From Candidatus Pacearchaeota archaeon (GTDB lineage: Archaea; Nanobdellota; Nanobdellia; Pacearchaeales; GW2011-AR1): a stretch of DNA of 55,427 bases. The stretch covers positions 1-55,427 of the forward strand of contig JAFCEJ010000001.1 in assembly GCA_017609175.1 (NCBI GenBank). Reading direction: 5' to 3'. The first letter of the stretch is position 1. Every line of letters starts with the position of its first letter. A program made the translations under genes and the position numbers. The notes beneath the pieces were generated by a model. It made no database searches, was not told the origin of the DNA, and saw only the letters and a list, made by a program, of their open reading frames with translations. Of this stretch, positions 28,931 to 39,651 are shown one piece after another.

Positions 28931-29314
28931 ATGGAAATAAAAAAAGGATGGGGCAAAGAAATTCTAATGACAAATACTGAAAAGTATTGTGGAAAACTTT
29001 TGTATGTTGAAAAAGGAAAAAGGAGTGATATGCATTTTCATAGGAAGAAGGATAAAACTTTTTATGTTTTGTCAGGTAAGATATTAATGGAAATTTGGAA
29101 AGAAAATGAAGATATTGAAAAAATGATGGGGGAGGGGGATTCAGTAAGAATAAAACCTAAACAAACTCATAGGTTTAATGGGTTAGAGGATTCAGTAATG
29201 ATTGAAATTTCTACACCTGATGGATGCAATGATTATTATAAAATAGATGGGATGTTTGAAGGTAATATTCCAAAATTTTTAATTGAAGAATATTTGGAGG
29301 GTTGTAAAAATTAA
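28931..29314 (+). CDS. Cupin-fold protein (sugar isomerase-like)
   Basis: KGWGKE, HFHRKK..TFYVLSG, THRF.GLEDSVMIEISTP. Confidence 0.8.
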   Translation: MEIKKGWGKEILMTNTEKYCGKLLYVEKGKRSDMHFHRKKDKTFYVLSGKILMEIWKENEDIEKMMGEGDSVRIKPKQTHRFNGLEDSVMIEISTPDGCNDYYKIDGMFEGNIPKFLIEEYLEGCKN

Positions 29315-29315
29315 A

Positions 29316-29591
29316 ATGGGTAAAGTTAAAACACCTGATTGGATTTTAGAAGGCTTTGATTCGTTAGAGGCTTATAATAAGGCTAAAGGCAAAAAGGCAG
29401 AAAAGAAATCAAGCAAGACTTTTAAGATTAAAAAATGTCCTGCATGTGCAAGTACAAATGTTGGTGTGGTTCTTGGAGAGGTTGGAATGTGGAGATGCAA
29501 TGATTGTGGTTTTAAAGGAACAGAAATTATAGAAGAAGAAGTTAGCGAGGAAGAATTTTTGAATTATTTAGATAAACAAGAGAAAAAATGA
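29316..29591 (+). CDS. Zn-ribbon protein
   Basis: CPACAS...WRCNDCG. Confidence 0.75.
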   Translation: MGKVKTPDWILEGFDSLEAYNKAKGKKAEKKSSKTFKIKKCPACASTNVGVVLGEVGMWRCNDCGFKGTEIIEEEVSEEEFLNYLDKQEKK

Positions 29592-32014
29592 AAATGGATG
29601 AAAAAAATTTGAAATTAGGAGAGAAGGGAATTATTAATTCAGAAATATCTGGAGAAATGCAAAAGGCTTACATAGATTATGCTATGTCTGTTATTGTTGC
29701 TCGGGCTTTGCCTGCTGTTGAAGATGGTTTGAAACCAGTTCATAGAAGAATTCTTTATGCAATGAATTCGCTTGGTTTGCAACATAATAAACAAACAAAA
29801 AAATCAGCAAGAATTGTTGGGGATGTTTTAGGTAAATTGCACCCTCATGGTGATACTTCTGTTTATGATGCTTTAGTAAGGATGGCCCAGGATTTTTCAT
29901 TGAGATATCCTTTAGTTTATGGCCAGGGGAATTTTGGAAGTATTGATGGCGACCCTCCTGCTGCGATGAGATATACTGAAGCAAAACTTTCTGCTATTTC
30001 ATCAGAACTTTTAGAAGATATTGATAAAGAGACTGTAGAATTTATTCCTAATTTTGATAACTCCTTGAAAGAACCGGAGTTACTCCCAGGAAAACTTCCT
30101 GCTTTGATTTTAAATGGTGCTTCTGGAATTGCTGTGGGTATGGCTACAAATATTCCCCCTCATAATCTCAATGAGATTTGTGATGCAATTATTGCTTATA
30201 TCAAAAATCCGGATATAACAATTGATGAATTATGTAAAATTGTTACAGGTCCTGATTTCCCAACAGGAGGGTATGTTACCGGAGATATGAAAGAATTATA
30301 TTCTACTGGTAAAGGCCGGTTGATTATGCGCGGGAAAGTAACAACAGAACAAATTAAAAATAAGGAATTGGTTGTGATTACAGAAATTCCTTATATGTTA
30401 AATAAGTCTGATTTAATCACCCAAATCGCGAAACTGATTCAGGAAAAGAAACTTCAAAATATTTCTGATTTAAGAGATGAGTCTGCAAAAGGAAAAATAA
30501 GAATTGTTATTGAGTTAAGAAAAGGAGTTAATCCTAAGTTTGTGATAAATAAGTTATACAAATATACTCGGTTGCAGGATTCTTTTAATGCGAATATTCT
30601 TGCACTTGTTGATGGACAACCAAGAGTCCTGAATTTAAAAGATATTCTTGCGGAGTATGTTAAACACAGAAAAATAATTATTACAAATCGCTCTAAGTAT
30701 TTATTAAGGAAAGCAAAAGAACGACAGGAAATTGTTGAGGGTTTATTAGTTGCTTTAAAAAATATTGATGGGGTTATTAAAATAATTCGGCATAGTAAAA
30801 CTCCTGCAGAAGAACTTAAGAAAAAATTTAATTTTTCTAAACGGCAAGTTGAAGCAATTTTAGAAACAAAGTTGAAACAATTAACTTCTATGGAAGTTGA
30901 TAAATTAAAAAAAGAAGCAGAAGAACTTAAAAAAACAATTGCAGAACTTGAAAAGATTTTAGGAGATATTAAAGAAGTTTTGAAAATAATTGTTAAGGAA
31001 GTTAATGAATTGAAAAAGAAATATGGGGATAATAGAAGAACTTATGTATTGCAGAAAATTTCTGAGATTTCTGAAAAAGATATGGTGCAGAAGAAGGAGG
31101 TTGTTATTACAATAACTGAGAAAGGTTACTGTAAGAGAATGGATGTTAAATTATATAAGGAGCAGAGAAGGGGGGGTAGAGGGGTTATTGGGAGTAATTT
31201 GGCAACAGGGGATTTTGTTAAACAATTAATTACTTGCTCGACACACGATTATCTGATGTTCTTTACGACAAAAGGAAAAGTTTATTGGTTAAAGGCTTAT
31301 GAAGTTCCAGAATCAGAAAGATATAGCAAAGGTAAGGCGATAATTAATTTATTAAACTTGAAAGATGAGGAAATTACAAATGTTATTTCTGTGAATAAGT
31401 TTGAGGGAGATTTATTTATGGCGACTAAAAAGGGAATTGTAAAAAAGATTTCTCTAAAGCATTTTTCAAAGCCACGGGCTTCTGGAATAAGAGCACTTAA
31501 TTTGCCTGCAGATAATTCTGATGTTCTGATTGGTGTTGAGATTGTGTCTCCTGGCCAGGAAGTTTTTTTGGCTACTCTAAAAGGATTGGCTATTAGATTT
31601 AATTCAGAGGATGTTCGTGAAATGGGGCGGGCATCTTATGGTGTGACAGGGATAAAATTGAATAAAGGGGACGAAGTCGTGAGTTTAGAAATCTTAAATA
31701 CTGACTGTATTATTACTATAACAAAAAAAGGTTATGGAAAAAGGACTGCTGTTAAGGATTATAGAAAAACAGCACGAGCAGGAAAAGGCGTGATTAACGT
31801 AAAAGTTTCTGAAAAAACTGGCGATGTTGTTACAACTGTTTCTGTAAATGATAAAGATAGTATTATAATTACAACTGCGAAGGGGATGGTTATTAGAACC
31901 TCTTTGGATAATATTAGAGTAATGGGAAGGGCCGCACAGGGTGTTAAAATCGTTAAACTTCAGCAAGGGGATTTTGTAACAGATTTAATTAAAGTTGTTG
32001 ATAATGGTGATTAA
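29588..32014 (+). CDS. gyrA: DNA gyrase subunit A
   Basis: [14 protein letters not shown], catalytic AAMRYTE, GyrA-box QRRGGRG, C-terminal pinwheel repeats. Confidence 0.97.
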   Translation: MKMDEKNLKLGEKGIINSEISGEMQKAYIDYAMSVIVARALPAVEDGLKPVHRRILYAMNSLGLQHNKQTKKSARIVGDVLGKLHPHGDTSVYDALVRMAQDFSLRYPLVYGQGNFGSIDGDPPAAMRYTEAKLSAISSELLEDIDKETVEFIPNFDNSLKEPELLPGKLPALILNGASGIAVGMATNIPPHNLNEICDAIIAYIKNPDITIDELCKIVTGPDFPTGGYVTGDMKELYSTGKGRLIMRGKVTTEQIKNKELVVITEIPYMLNKSDLITQIAKLIQEKKLQNISDLRDESAKGKIRIVIELRKGVNPKFVINKLYKYTRLQDSFNANILALVDGQPRVLNLKDILAEYVKHRKIIITNRSKYLLRKAKERQEIVEGLLVALKNIDGVIKIIRHSKTPAEELKKKFNFSKRQVEAILETKLKQLTSMEVDKLKKEAEELKKTIAELEKILGDIKEVLKIIVKEVNELKKKYGDNRRTYVLQKISEISEKDMVQKKEVVITITEKGYCKRMDVKLYKEQRRGGRGVIGSNLATGDFVKQLITCSTHDYLMFFTTKGKVYWLKAYEVPESERYSKGKAIINLLNLKDEEITNVISVNKFEGDLFMATKKGIVKKISLKHFSKPRASGIRALNLPADNSDVLIGVEIVSPGQEVFLATLKGLAIRFNSEDVREMGRASYGVTGIKLNKGDEVVSLEILNTDCIITITKKGYGKRTAVKDYRKTARAGKGVINVKVSEKTGDVVTTVSVNDKDSIIITTAKGMVIRTSLDNIRVMGRAAQGVKIVKLQQGDFVTDLIKVVDNGD

Positions 32015-32253
32015 AATTTCATAAAATTAAGTTTTAATTTTAATTCACTTTCTTTAAGATAAGGAGAATTGCCTGGCTCTATTGTAAATAAAGAATCGCA
32101 TTTTTCAAAATAATTTTTTAATCTTTGTTTAGCATTTATTTTTTCTTCTGGAAAAACCGTTCTAAATGTTGTAGATTTGTATCCAACATAAGAGCACGAA
32201 GGAATTGTCATTAAAACTGTTGTAAGCAGAATTGTTTTTAGTGATTTATTCAT
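32011..32253 (-). CDS. Small putative lipoprotein
   Basis: Hydrophobic N-terminus ending IPSC. Confidence 0.55.
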   Translation of the reverse strand: MNKSLKTILLTTVLMTIPSCSYVGYKSTTFRTVFPEEKINAKQRLKNYFEKCDSLFTIEPGNSPYLKESELKLKLNFMKF

Positions 32254-32277
32254 ATTTTAATTACTGGTTTAATATAT

Positions 32278-33045
32278 TTAAGGTTTATTGTTAAAGACAG
32301 GACAATTTTCTTTAAACTCGCACCAGTTACACAGAATTGTTTTGTTATAAGGAAAGAATTTTGTATTTTCTATTTTTTTGATTAATTCGAGTGTTTCTTT
32401 TTTTAATTGTTGGAGTTGTTCGTTTGTTCGTTTTGAGTAAATTTTTTTATTGTATGCGAGATAATGCCAAATTAGACGTATTTTTTCTGTATTAAAATCA
32501 TTTTTTATTGCAATCGAATAAAGGGGTAATTGTTTGTCTGTTTCTATTTTTTCTAAACTTGGAAGATTATTTGCTGTTTTATAATCATGAATCTCATAAT
32601 GGTCTATCTCTTCATTGTAGACTAATCTGTCAATAATGCCGACCATTTTGTAATTTTCTGATTCATCTAATGATATTGAAACTTTTTTTTCTATGGCAAT
32701 AGTATTTTCATTAAACGGATAATTTGTTTGGTAATAATCCAATAAGAATTTTATTCCTTTTTCAAAATAATCTTTTGTTGTTAATTTTTGTCCTACAATA
32801 TAATATATTGAGGGGTCAAATTCATTTTCCCATGATTTTATGTATTTGATTATTACTTCGTCAATCGAAGGTATTTTTTCTTTTTTTATTTGTTTATAGA
32901 GCCACTCTAATGTTTCGTGAACTTTTGAACCCAGAAAGCTTTCAATTGATTTTTTTTCAATTTTTATTTTATCAATATATTTGAATTTGTATCTAAGAGG
33001 ACATTGCTTAAATGTTTCTAATCTTGAATGAGAGTAAATTGTCAT
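32278..33045 (-). CDS. RecB/Cas4-like PD-(D/E)xK exonuclease with Fe-S Cys pattern
   Basis: YSHSRL...QCP, GIIDRL, IHDYKT, QLPLY, CNWCEFKENC. Confidence 0.9.
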   Translation of the reverse strand: MTIYSHSRLETFKQCPLRYKFKYIDKIKIEKKSIESFLGSKVHETLEWLYKQIKKEKIPSIDEVIIKYIKSWENEFDPSIYYIVGQKLTTKDYFEKGIKFLLDYYQTNYPFNENTIAIEKKVSISLDESENYKMVGIIDRLVYNEEIDHYEIHDYKTANNLPSLEKIETDKQLPLYSIAIKNDFNTEKIRLIWHYLAYNKKIYSKRTNEQLQQLKKETLELIKKIENTKFFPYNKTILCNWCEFKENCPVFNNKP

Positions 33046-33143
33046 GAGTTATTAAAAAGAAAAATGGTTATAAATTTAATTGTATTGTTTATTCTAATAA
33101 AACTTATAAGGAAGTTATTTTTATAAAATAAAGGTTATTTGAA

Positions 33144-33887
33144 ATGCAAGAGCCGAATCGCTTATCTAAGGCACGAGAAGAATATAATTCTAAAAAAGAT
33201 TATTTGGATAAGAAAATTCTTCAGACAAAAGATAGTTTAAGCATCTTTAATCACCTAATCAAAACTTATAAATTGGAAATTTATGGGATTAAACCTGTTT
33301 ATGATAGTTTTTCTGTGATAAATGTTTATTTTTTGGATAATTTTAGAAGAACCGATAAGTTTTTATCTTATTGTCCAGGTTCTTCTTATGGTGTTTTTTT
33401 GGAGGTTGATTCTGAAGGATATCTTGGAGAGAGTTGGGATGATGGAGGGGGTTTGAGCGGATTTAATTCTTTTAAACCAAAAACACAAATTATTCATAGA
33501 AAATCTTTAGATGAAAAAATAAACCAGACTAGAAATAAGTTAGATTGGGAAATTAAGATTAGTAAAGAAAATCCTGAATGGGATAATAAACTTATCATAG
33601 AATCTTTAAGGAATGAACTTCGTTATTTAAAGGATAAATTTGATTTTCTTTTTGATGGGTCTAACAGGAATTATATTTTTAATATGCTTCTTGAAGTTAA
33701 TATTTCTCAAGATGAGCTTATTAATAATTTAAAGAAATTTCATAGTTATGTTATTGGCCATGCCAAACGCCATATTAAATATTTAGAAGAAAATCTTTCT
33801 AAACTAACTGAAAAAAGAAATAGTTTAGAAAAAACTCTTATAGATATAAATGATTTGGATAGTTTTAAGGGAAAAATAATTTCTTAA
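33144..33887 (+). CDS. Hypothetical coiled-coil protein
   Basis: 247-aa ORF. Confidence 0.65.
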   Translation: MQEPNRLSKAREEYNSKKDYLDKKILQTKDSLSIFNHLIKTYKLEIYGIKPVYDSFSVINVYFLDNFRRTDKFLSYCPGSSYGVFLEVDSEGYLGESWDDGGGLSGFNSFKPKTQIIHRKSLDEKINQTRNKLDWEIKISKENPEWDNKLIIESLRNELRYLKDKFDFLFDGSNRNYIFNMLLEVNISQDELINNLKKFHSYVIGHAKRHIKYLEENLSKLTEKRNSLEKTLIDINDLDSFKGKIIS

Positions 33888-33899
33888 TATTCTTTTTAA

Positions 33900-34766
33900 T
33901 TATTCAACAAAAATACATTCTCCTTTTTCTGAATCAAATGCATCGTATCCTTTATTCTGGCAACATTCATCTCTGCTATCTGGTGAAACTGTTCCACAAT
34001 TTCCGCCCACTAAAATTTCTTCATCAATTTCGTCTTTTGCCAGAAACCCCCACCAAGAAGCCTTTGTTTTGATTACTTCTCCTGTTTCAGCATCAACTTC
34101 TATTTTTACTCTTTCTCTTACTGGAAATAATCCAAATAATCTTGCTCTTTTTTTTGCTTGAATCCTATAAACTCCATCTTCATTTAATTCAATTTTTTCA
34201 CAATCACATTCTTTTTGTCTTAATCTTTGTTGTATTTTTTCTTTAATCTGGTCTGGCATTATTCTAATTCTTTTTGTTTTATTATTCTTAAAAACCCCAT
34301 AGATTTTTCCGTCTGATTGATACAATTCAACTTTTGTTTCTGTGCTTACCCCTTTTACTTGGAAAATTACATTTCCTGATTTTCCTGCTCTTATTGTCAT
34401 TTCTCTTTGACCATTTTGTAATCTGCATTTTATTACAGAGCCAGTACAAGTGCAATTTTCAGGACATTCTCCTGATTGGTTTCTTATTCTTAATCTTTTT
34501 CTTTCTTGGATTATGTTTTTTATTTCTTCTTTGTCTAATTCTCTTATTCTTTTTTGTTCTTGTTTTTGAATTTGTTTTGCATTATCTGGGATGTTTTTTT
34601 CTTTAATTTGATTTTTAGATTCTTGGTTGTTGGTATTTGTTTGAATATTTTCTTCTATATTGTTTTTTACAGAATTATCTTTAGTTATATGGCTTGTTAT
34701 TGGTACTGCGAAAATAGAATTAATTAAAATAACTGTAAGGAAGATGAATATTATGCCCTTTTTCAT
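33900..34766 (-). CDS. Secreted hypothetical protein with Cys-rich modules
   Basis: Signal peptide; RLFGLFPV...VDAETGEV..ASWWGFLA; CGTVSPDSRDECC. Confidence 0.75.
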   Translation of the reverse strand: MKKGIIFIFLTVILINSIFAVPITSHITKDNSVKNNIEENIQTNTNNQESKNQIKEKNIPDNAKQIQKQEQKRIRELDKEEIKNIIQERKRLRIRNQSGECPENCTCTGSVIKCRLQNGQREMTIRAGKSGNVIFQVKGVSTETKVELYQSDGKIYGVFKNNKTKRIRIMPDQIKEKIQQRLRQKECDCEKIELNEDGVYRIQAKKRARLFGLFPVRERVKIEVDAETGEVIKTKASWWGFLAKDEIDEEILVGGNCGTVSPDSRDECCQNKGYDAFDSEKGECIFVE

Positions 34767-34788
34767 AATGATAACAGAAAGAAATGGT

Positions 34789-35976
34789 TTATAAAATTTT
34801 TCCCCAACCGATTAACCGCCAATGGTTATTAATATTACGAGCGATTCCAACATTGTCCCCCTCTAATGCAACTATTGGGATATTTAATGACAATTCAATT
34901 TCATTATCTTTTATTTTTTCAACGATTCCAACAGTGATTGTTGTATTTGCATTGAGCATTAACATTTCTTTTGTTTTGATTGGCTCGACTGATTTGTGTC
35001 CTTCAATTCCTAAGACTTCTTTGAAGAGTTCTATTCTAATTTTTATGTTGTTTGTTATTTCTGGAAGATTGCCTTTTGTTGAAACTATGCAACCAGTTAG
35101 TGAATCTGTTTTTGTTAAAAATGGGTCGAGTTCTGTTTCAATTGAAATACTTGCGCCAGGAACGATTTCTTTGACTGAATTTTTTCCTTTATGTAACGAA
35201 AGAATTTTTGTTGTTAAAGTTTGATATTCTTTTTGGTGTGCTTTTTCGATATTTAGTCCTGGTTTGATTTCAATTTCATCACCCACTTTTAATTTTCCTT
35301 TTTTGAGAATTCCTCCTAGAACACCCCCTTTAAGATTTTTTATTTCTGTTCCAGGTTTGTTAATATCAAAGCTTCTTGCAATTAAGAAAATTGGTTTTGA
35401 TGTTGTATCCCTTTCTGGAATTTCAAGTTTGCAAAGTTCTTCTAGGATTTTTTCTATGTTGATTCCTTGTTGAGCTGAAACAGGGATTATTGGAGCGTTT
35501 TCTGCAATTGTTCCTTTGACAAATTCTTTTATTTCTTTATAATTCTTTAATGCTTGTTCTTTTGTAACAAGGTCAATTTTATTTTGAACTATGATTATGT
35601 TTTTGATTTTTTTTGCCTGAAGTGCTATGAAATGTTCTCGTGTTTGTGGTTTGATTCCTTCGTTTGCAGCAATTACAATTATTGCAGCATCTACAATTGA
35701 TGTTCCAGAAAGCATCGTTGCCATAAGCATTTCATGTCCTGGAGCGTCAATAAAACTAACATATCTTATAGGTTTTCCTTTTCCTTCTGTGTTGAAGTTC
35801 TCTTTGTCCTTAAAAATTGTTATATCTGCATATCCTAGTTTAATTGTAATCCCTCGTTTAAGTTCTTCAGAATGAGTGTCTGTAAATTTTCCAGTTAATC
35901 TGCTAAGTAAAGTTGTTTTGCCATGGTCAATATGTCCGACAACTTCAACATTCAATTCTGGGAGATTTTTATCCAT
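34789..35976 (-). CDS. eif2g: Translation initiation factor aIF2 gamma subunit
   Basis: GHIDHGKTT, DTHSEELKRGITIKLGYA, DAPGHE, NKID, ARSFDINKPG, WRLIGWG. Confidence 0.96.
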   Translation of the reverse strand: MDKNLPELNVEVVGHIDHGKTTLLSRLTGKFTDTHSEELKRGITIKLGYADITIFKDKENFNTEGKGKPIRYVSFIDAPGHEMLMATMLSGTSIVDAAIIVIAANEGIKPQTREHFIALQAKKIKNIIIVQNKIDLVTKEQALKNYKEIKEFVKGTIAENAPIIPVSAQQGINIEKILEELCKLEIPERDTTSKPIFLIARSFDINKPGTEIKNLKGGVLGGILKKGKLKVGDEIEIKPGLNIEKAHQKEYQTLTTKILSLHKGKNSVKEIVPGASISIETELDPFLTKTDSLTGCIVSTKGNLPEITNNIKIRIELFKEVLGIEGHKSVEPIKTKEMLMLNANTTITVGIVEKIKDNEIELSLNIPIVALEGDNVGIARNINNHWRLIGWGKIL

Positions 35977-36018
35977 AAAATTAAATTGAGAATGAGGTTT
36001 TTAAGGTTTGTTAAAATT

Positions 36019-36204
36019 TTAGTAATTGTAATTTGTTTTTGTTGAGTCTTCTAAACTTCTTATGCTATTATAGGTCTTTCCTTGGGTTATTGATGTGTGT
36101 TTTAACATATATTCTTGTTTTGGAAATTGAGATTGTAATATGTCCAAACCTTTGATGAGCATTCCTGTGAAAATGACTATTTTTATTTTATTTGAAAGAT
36201 TCAT
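36019..36204 (-). CDS. Small hypothetical protein
   Basis: Overlaps upstream stop (ATGA). Confidence 0.45.
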   Translation of the reverse strand: MNLSNKIKIVIFTGMLIKGLDILQSQFPKQEYMLKHTSITQGKTYNSIRSLEDSTKTNYNY

Positions 36205-36503
36205 TTTCCTATTTTTCCGTTATTATCTAAATCTGGTAAAAAAATATCTCCTTCTAGTTTTCCATTATTTCTCTTTTTTACTTCAGTTTCATAAGCATAC
36301 CAATTTATTTGGGTATGGGGGATATCTTCTTTCATATAATAGCTCCATATTCTTCCATTGGGATTGTAGGCCCTGAACCATTTCGCTTTTTGAAAATTTT
36401 CTGGTTTTAATGTAGATTTTATTAGTTGGGTAGTTCCTAATGAGATAGTCCCTATGGTTATCCCTGCTAACAAAGAATTTTTTAGGAAGCTTTTTGTTTT
36501 CAT
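36201..36503 (-). CDS. Hypothetical secreted protein
   Basis: Signal-like N-terminus MKTKSFLKNSLLAGITIG; C-terminal LPDLDNNGK. Confidence 0.6.
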   Translation of the reverse strand: MKTKSFLKNSLLAGITIGTISLGTTQLIKSTLKPENFQKAKWFRAYNPNGRIWSYYMKEDIPHTQINWYAYETEVKKRNNGKLEGDIFLPDLDNNGKIGK

Positions 36504-36504
36504 T

Positions 36505-36714
36505 TTATTCATATCTTCGTTTAATTCCAAATGCTCCTAGGTTTGCCCAATATTCTGCAGCAGAGATTTCTTCTTGATTTTCTCTTCTTTTATTTATTTC
36601 ACGCAAACTGTATGTCCAGCTAACATCGTCTAATCCATTTCCTATGTCAGTTCTCGCTACTGTTTTGGGTATATGTTTTATTCCTGTTTGTATTTTTTTA
36701 CCTTTAATTTTCAT
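36505..36714 (-). CDS. Small hypothetical protein
   Basis: TATA upstream; abuts the next gene. Confidence 0.55.
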   Translation of the reverse strand: MKIKGKKIQTGIKHIPKTVARTDIGNGLDDVSWTYSLREINKRRENQEEISAAEYWANLGAFGIKRRYE

Positions 36715-36778
36715 AACATATTAAGAATTCTATAATTTATAAATCTTTCTATTTGTTACTTTTCTATAGTAAGAACAA

Positions 36779-37339
36779 TTATTTTTTATTTTCTTCTGGA
36801 GGGGTTTGTGAGGGTGTTTCTGTTGGTTGTTCTTCTACGGGTTTTTGTTCTGTTTCTTTTGTTTTTTCGGCTTCAGTTCTTGCTTTTGCTCTTTTTGTTT
36901 TCCTGTTTTCTTTTTCTTTTGGTTTGCATTGATCTGGAAAGATTTCTGAAAGTTTTTTTGGACCTTCTTTAATTGTTTTTAAATTAATTTGAATAATATC
37001 TTGAGAGATTACTCTTCCTCGAACTGTTTTTCTTAATCTTAATCCTTTTGGCCTATTTTTTGGACGTTTCTTTTTTCCTTCGTATTTTGGTCTTTTTTTC
37101 ATCCCTGTTTCATAAGACAATAATACTCTTTTTAATCCAGTTCCTTCTATTTTTTCTAGTGCTGGAAATCCTGCTTTATCACTTGCTCCGGTTATTTCAA
37201 ATTCATATCCTTCAAGGTCTGCGAGTAAATCCTTTCCAGGAATTTTATCATGAAGCTGTTTTCCAATTAAATCTTCACTTTCTAACTCTAACTTGTATGT
37301 CTTTCCTGAGCTTTCTGATATGTTTATTTTAAACGGCAT
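36779..37339 (-). CDS. rps6e: 30S ribosomal protein S6e with C-terminal extension
   Basis: FKINIS, ITGASDKAGFP, GLRLRKTVRG, QINLK. Confidence 0.95.
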   Translation of the reverse strand: MPFKINISESSGKTYKLELESEDLIGKQLHDKIPGKDLLADLEGYEFEITGASDKAGFPALEKIEGTGLKRVLLSYETGMKKRPKYEGKKKRPKNRPKGLRLRKTVRGRVISQDIIQINLKTIKEGPKKLSEIFPDQCKPKEKENRKTKRAKARTEAEKTKETEQKPVEEQPTETPSQTPPEENKK

Positions 37340-37384
37340 TTTAGAATAATAATTTATTGAGAAATTGGTTTATAAGCGTTTTGA

Positions 37385-39121
37385 TTATTGTCCCCAATCT
37401 TCTTTTTGTTTTTTCTTGATTTCTGCTATTTCACTTAATGTTTTTATTTCATCTGGACTTAAGAGGTCTTTATTTTTCTTGAATGTTTTGAATTGGGATT
37501 CGCTAATGTCTGAATAAAGGAAAGTTTTGTCTTTGAGTTTTCTTTCAAAATTTATTCCTGGAATTGAAATGGCGACCTCCATCCCATGTGTTGCTTGTTC
37601 AACCGGTTTGTTTTCAGATTGGATATTCTTTGTTCTCCCTACTTTTTCGTTTGTGTCATCTATTAAATTTAGGTTTGTAATTAATTTTCCTGTTTCTACT
37701 TTTACTCCAAAGATTGCAGGATTTGAATTTCTGAAAACATATTGGTGAAGGATTTTTAATTTGCAAATTGTTGCGAGTTGCATTAATCTTGCCTTTTCAA
37801 TTTCTTGTGCTTTTTCTTTTCTAAATTCTACTAAATCTTCTATTAGTTTATAAACAACATCATTTGTTAGAACTTTTATTTTTCCTTGCATTTCTTTTGC
37901 GTCTTCATCAATAGAAGTATTGAATCCTATAACGATTGCATCGAGTTCATTTATATCAAGATTTGCTTTTGCAGAGATTATATCTGATTTATTTATTGTT
38001 CCGATTCCAGCTTTTACTACAGGTATATTTTGTTGTTTTAGGAGAGTTAGTAAAGCTTCCAGACTTCCTAAGGAATCTGCTTTTACAATTATCCCTTGTT
38101 TATTTGTTTTGATGTTTTCAGAAATTTCTTTTTTGAAATCTTTTTCAATTTCTTTTTTATTATTTTTATAAATTAAGAATGGCATGCCCGGAAGAATTTC
38201 TTCTTTTGTTACTAGTTGTAATCTTAATCCTGTTGATGCCTGAACTTTGTCTTTTGGTTTGAATCTTGCACAGAGTGGTTGAATTTCCTCAAGTATTCTT
38301 ATCTTTGTAATAATGGGTTCACCAAAACTTGCGATTGCAATTTCATCGTTCTTTGAGAGTTCTCCATCATGCAGAATTGCTTCAGCATAATTGATTGCTT
38401 TTTCCTTTTTTATTTCTAAGATTATCCCTCTTGCTTCTTTGCCTAATTTTAATCTGTTTGTTAAATATTTTTGACTTAAACCACATAACATCATGATTAA
38501 TTCTTGTAAGCCTTCTTTTGTTTTTGCTGAACAAGGAATTAGGGCAATTTTTTTTGTGAAATCTGAGATATTGTAGAATAAATCTGCTTCAAATCCATGA
38601 GCATTTAATGCGCCGATTATTGTGAAAAGTTTTTCTTGGAAGTTTTGTTTTACATTTGTTGCTTGCGATTCTATGTTTTCTTTTAAGTTTTCGTTTAGTT
38701 TTCTCCATCCTGAAATATTGTCAATTTTGTTTAGTGCAATTATAAAAGGTGTTTTATTATGTTTTAGAATCTGGATAACTTCTGCTGTTTGTGGCTTGAT
38801 TCCTTCGTTGATATCTATGACAAGGATAGCTAAATCTGCGAGCGAACCCCCTCTTTTTCTTAAATTTGTAAATGCAGCATGACCTGGCGTATCTATAAAT
38901 AGAAATCCTGGGATATTTAGCTTAATTCCTGATTTTTCGATTAATGGGCAGGTTTTTTTTATTTGTTCTATTGGATACAACGTGAATGAGATTTTTTGAG
39001 TGATTCCCCCTGCTTCGCTTTCTTGAACACAGCTTTGTCTGAGACTATCCAGTATAGATGTTTTTCCGTGGTCCACATGCCCGCAGACTGTAACAATTGG
39101 CTGACGTATTTTCGTTTCCAT
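37385..39121 (-). CDS. infB: Translation initiation factor aIF5B (IF-2)
   Basis: IRQPIVTVCGHVDHGKT, EAGGITQ, IDTPGHAAFTNLRKRGG, VKADSLGSLEAL. Confidence 0.97.
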   Translation of the reverse strand: METKIRQPIVTVCGHVDHGKTSILDSLRQSCVQESEAGGITQKISFTLYPIEQIKKTCPLIEKSGIKLNIPGFLFIDTPGHAAFTNLRKRGGSLADLAILVIDINEGIKPQTAEVIQILKHNKTPFIIALNKIDNISGWRKLNENLKENIESQATNVKQNFQEKLFTIIGALNAHGFEADLFYNISDFTKKIALIPCSAKTKEGLQELIMMLCGLSQKYLTNRLKLGKEARGIILEIKKEKAINYAEAILHDGELSKNDEIAIASFGEPIITKIRILEEIQPLCARFKPKDKVQASTGLRLQLVTKEEILPGMPFLIYKNNKKEIEKDFKKEISENIKTNKQGIIVKADSLGSLEALLTLLKQQNIPVVKAGIGTINKSDIISAKANLDINELDAIVIGFNTSIDEDAKEMQGKIKVLTNDVVYKLIEDLVEFRKEKAQEIEKARLMQLATICKLKILHQYVFRNSNPAIFGVKVETGKLITNLNLIDDTNEKVGRTKNIQSENKPVEQATHGMEVAISIPGINFERKLKDKTFLYSDISESQFKTFKKNKDLLSPDEIKTLSEIAEIKKKQKEDWGQ

Positions 39122-39174
39122 AATATATTTTTTAGAATAGATTTGTTTTTAAAGATTGGTGTTTGAGGAGGTTT

Positions 39175-39516
39175 ATGAAAGAACAATTTAGAATTGAATA
39201 TTCTGATGATTTCCATTTTGTAGAAAGACATACCAGATTTATCTATGATGAATCAGTTGGAAGAGTAAATGAACAAATTCATGATAGTAAAGAATGGATT
39301 TATGGTGATTTTTCATATGATGGTTGCAGGACAGATTATTATTGTAATACTGTTGGGGTTTTTGCAAAAACAATTTGTGAAACAGCTGGCAGAAAAACTC
39401 CTGCAAATAGATTAACATTAGTGGCTCTTGAAGAATCTCGGCTTGAAAGAACAGCAGAATCACTTGGACTCCAATTTGATAAAAATAAGATTATTAAAGA
39501 AACCATTAAAGAATAA
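39175..39516 (+). CDS. Hypothetical protein
   Basis: GAGGAGG SD before ATG 39175. Confidence 0.65.
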   Translation: MKEQFRIEYSDDFHFVERHTRFIYDESVGRVNEQIHDSKEWIYGDFSYDGCRTDYYCNTVGVFAKTICETAGRKTPANRLTLVALEESRLERTAESLGLQFDKNKIIKETIKE

Positions 39517-39547
39517 TTTTTTCTGTATTATTATATATGAAGATTTT

Positions 39548-39602
39548 AAAAAATATAGCAGGTCAAGACCGAAGTCTTAACCCAGCCCAACCGAAGTTAG
39601 GC
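39548..39602 (-). ncRNA. Predicted small RNA of two tandem cUUCGg hairpins
   Basis: Minus strand GCCUAAC-UUCG-GUUGGGC-U-GGGUUAAGAC-UUCG-GUCUUGACCU. G-U pairs work only on this strand. TATA CTTAAATA starts at 39631, 29 nt upstream; U-run follows. Confidence 0.7.
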
Positions 39603-39651
39603 AATATTATAATGGAAATTCATTATTTAAGTCTTTTGTGTCATTGGGGGA

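Noticed and set aside
32278-33045. Cas4-like nuclease as a sign of CRISPR-Cas
   Set aside because: No array or other cas genes; solo RecB-family nucleases are common in archaea.
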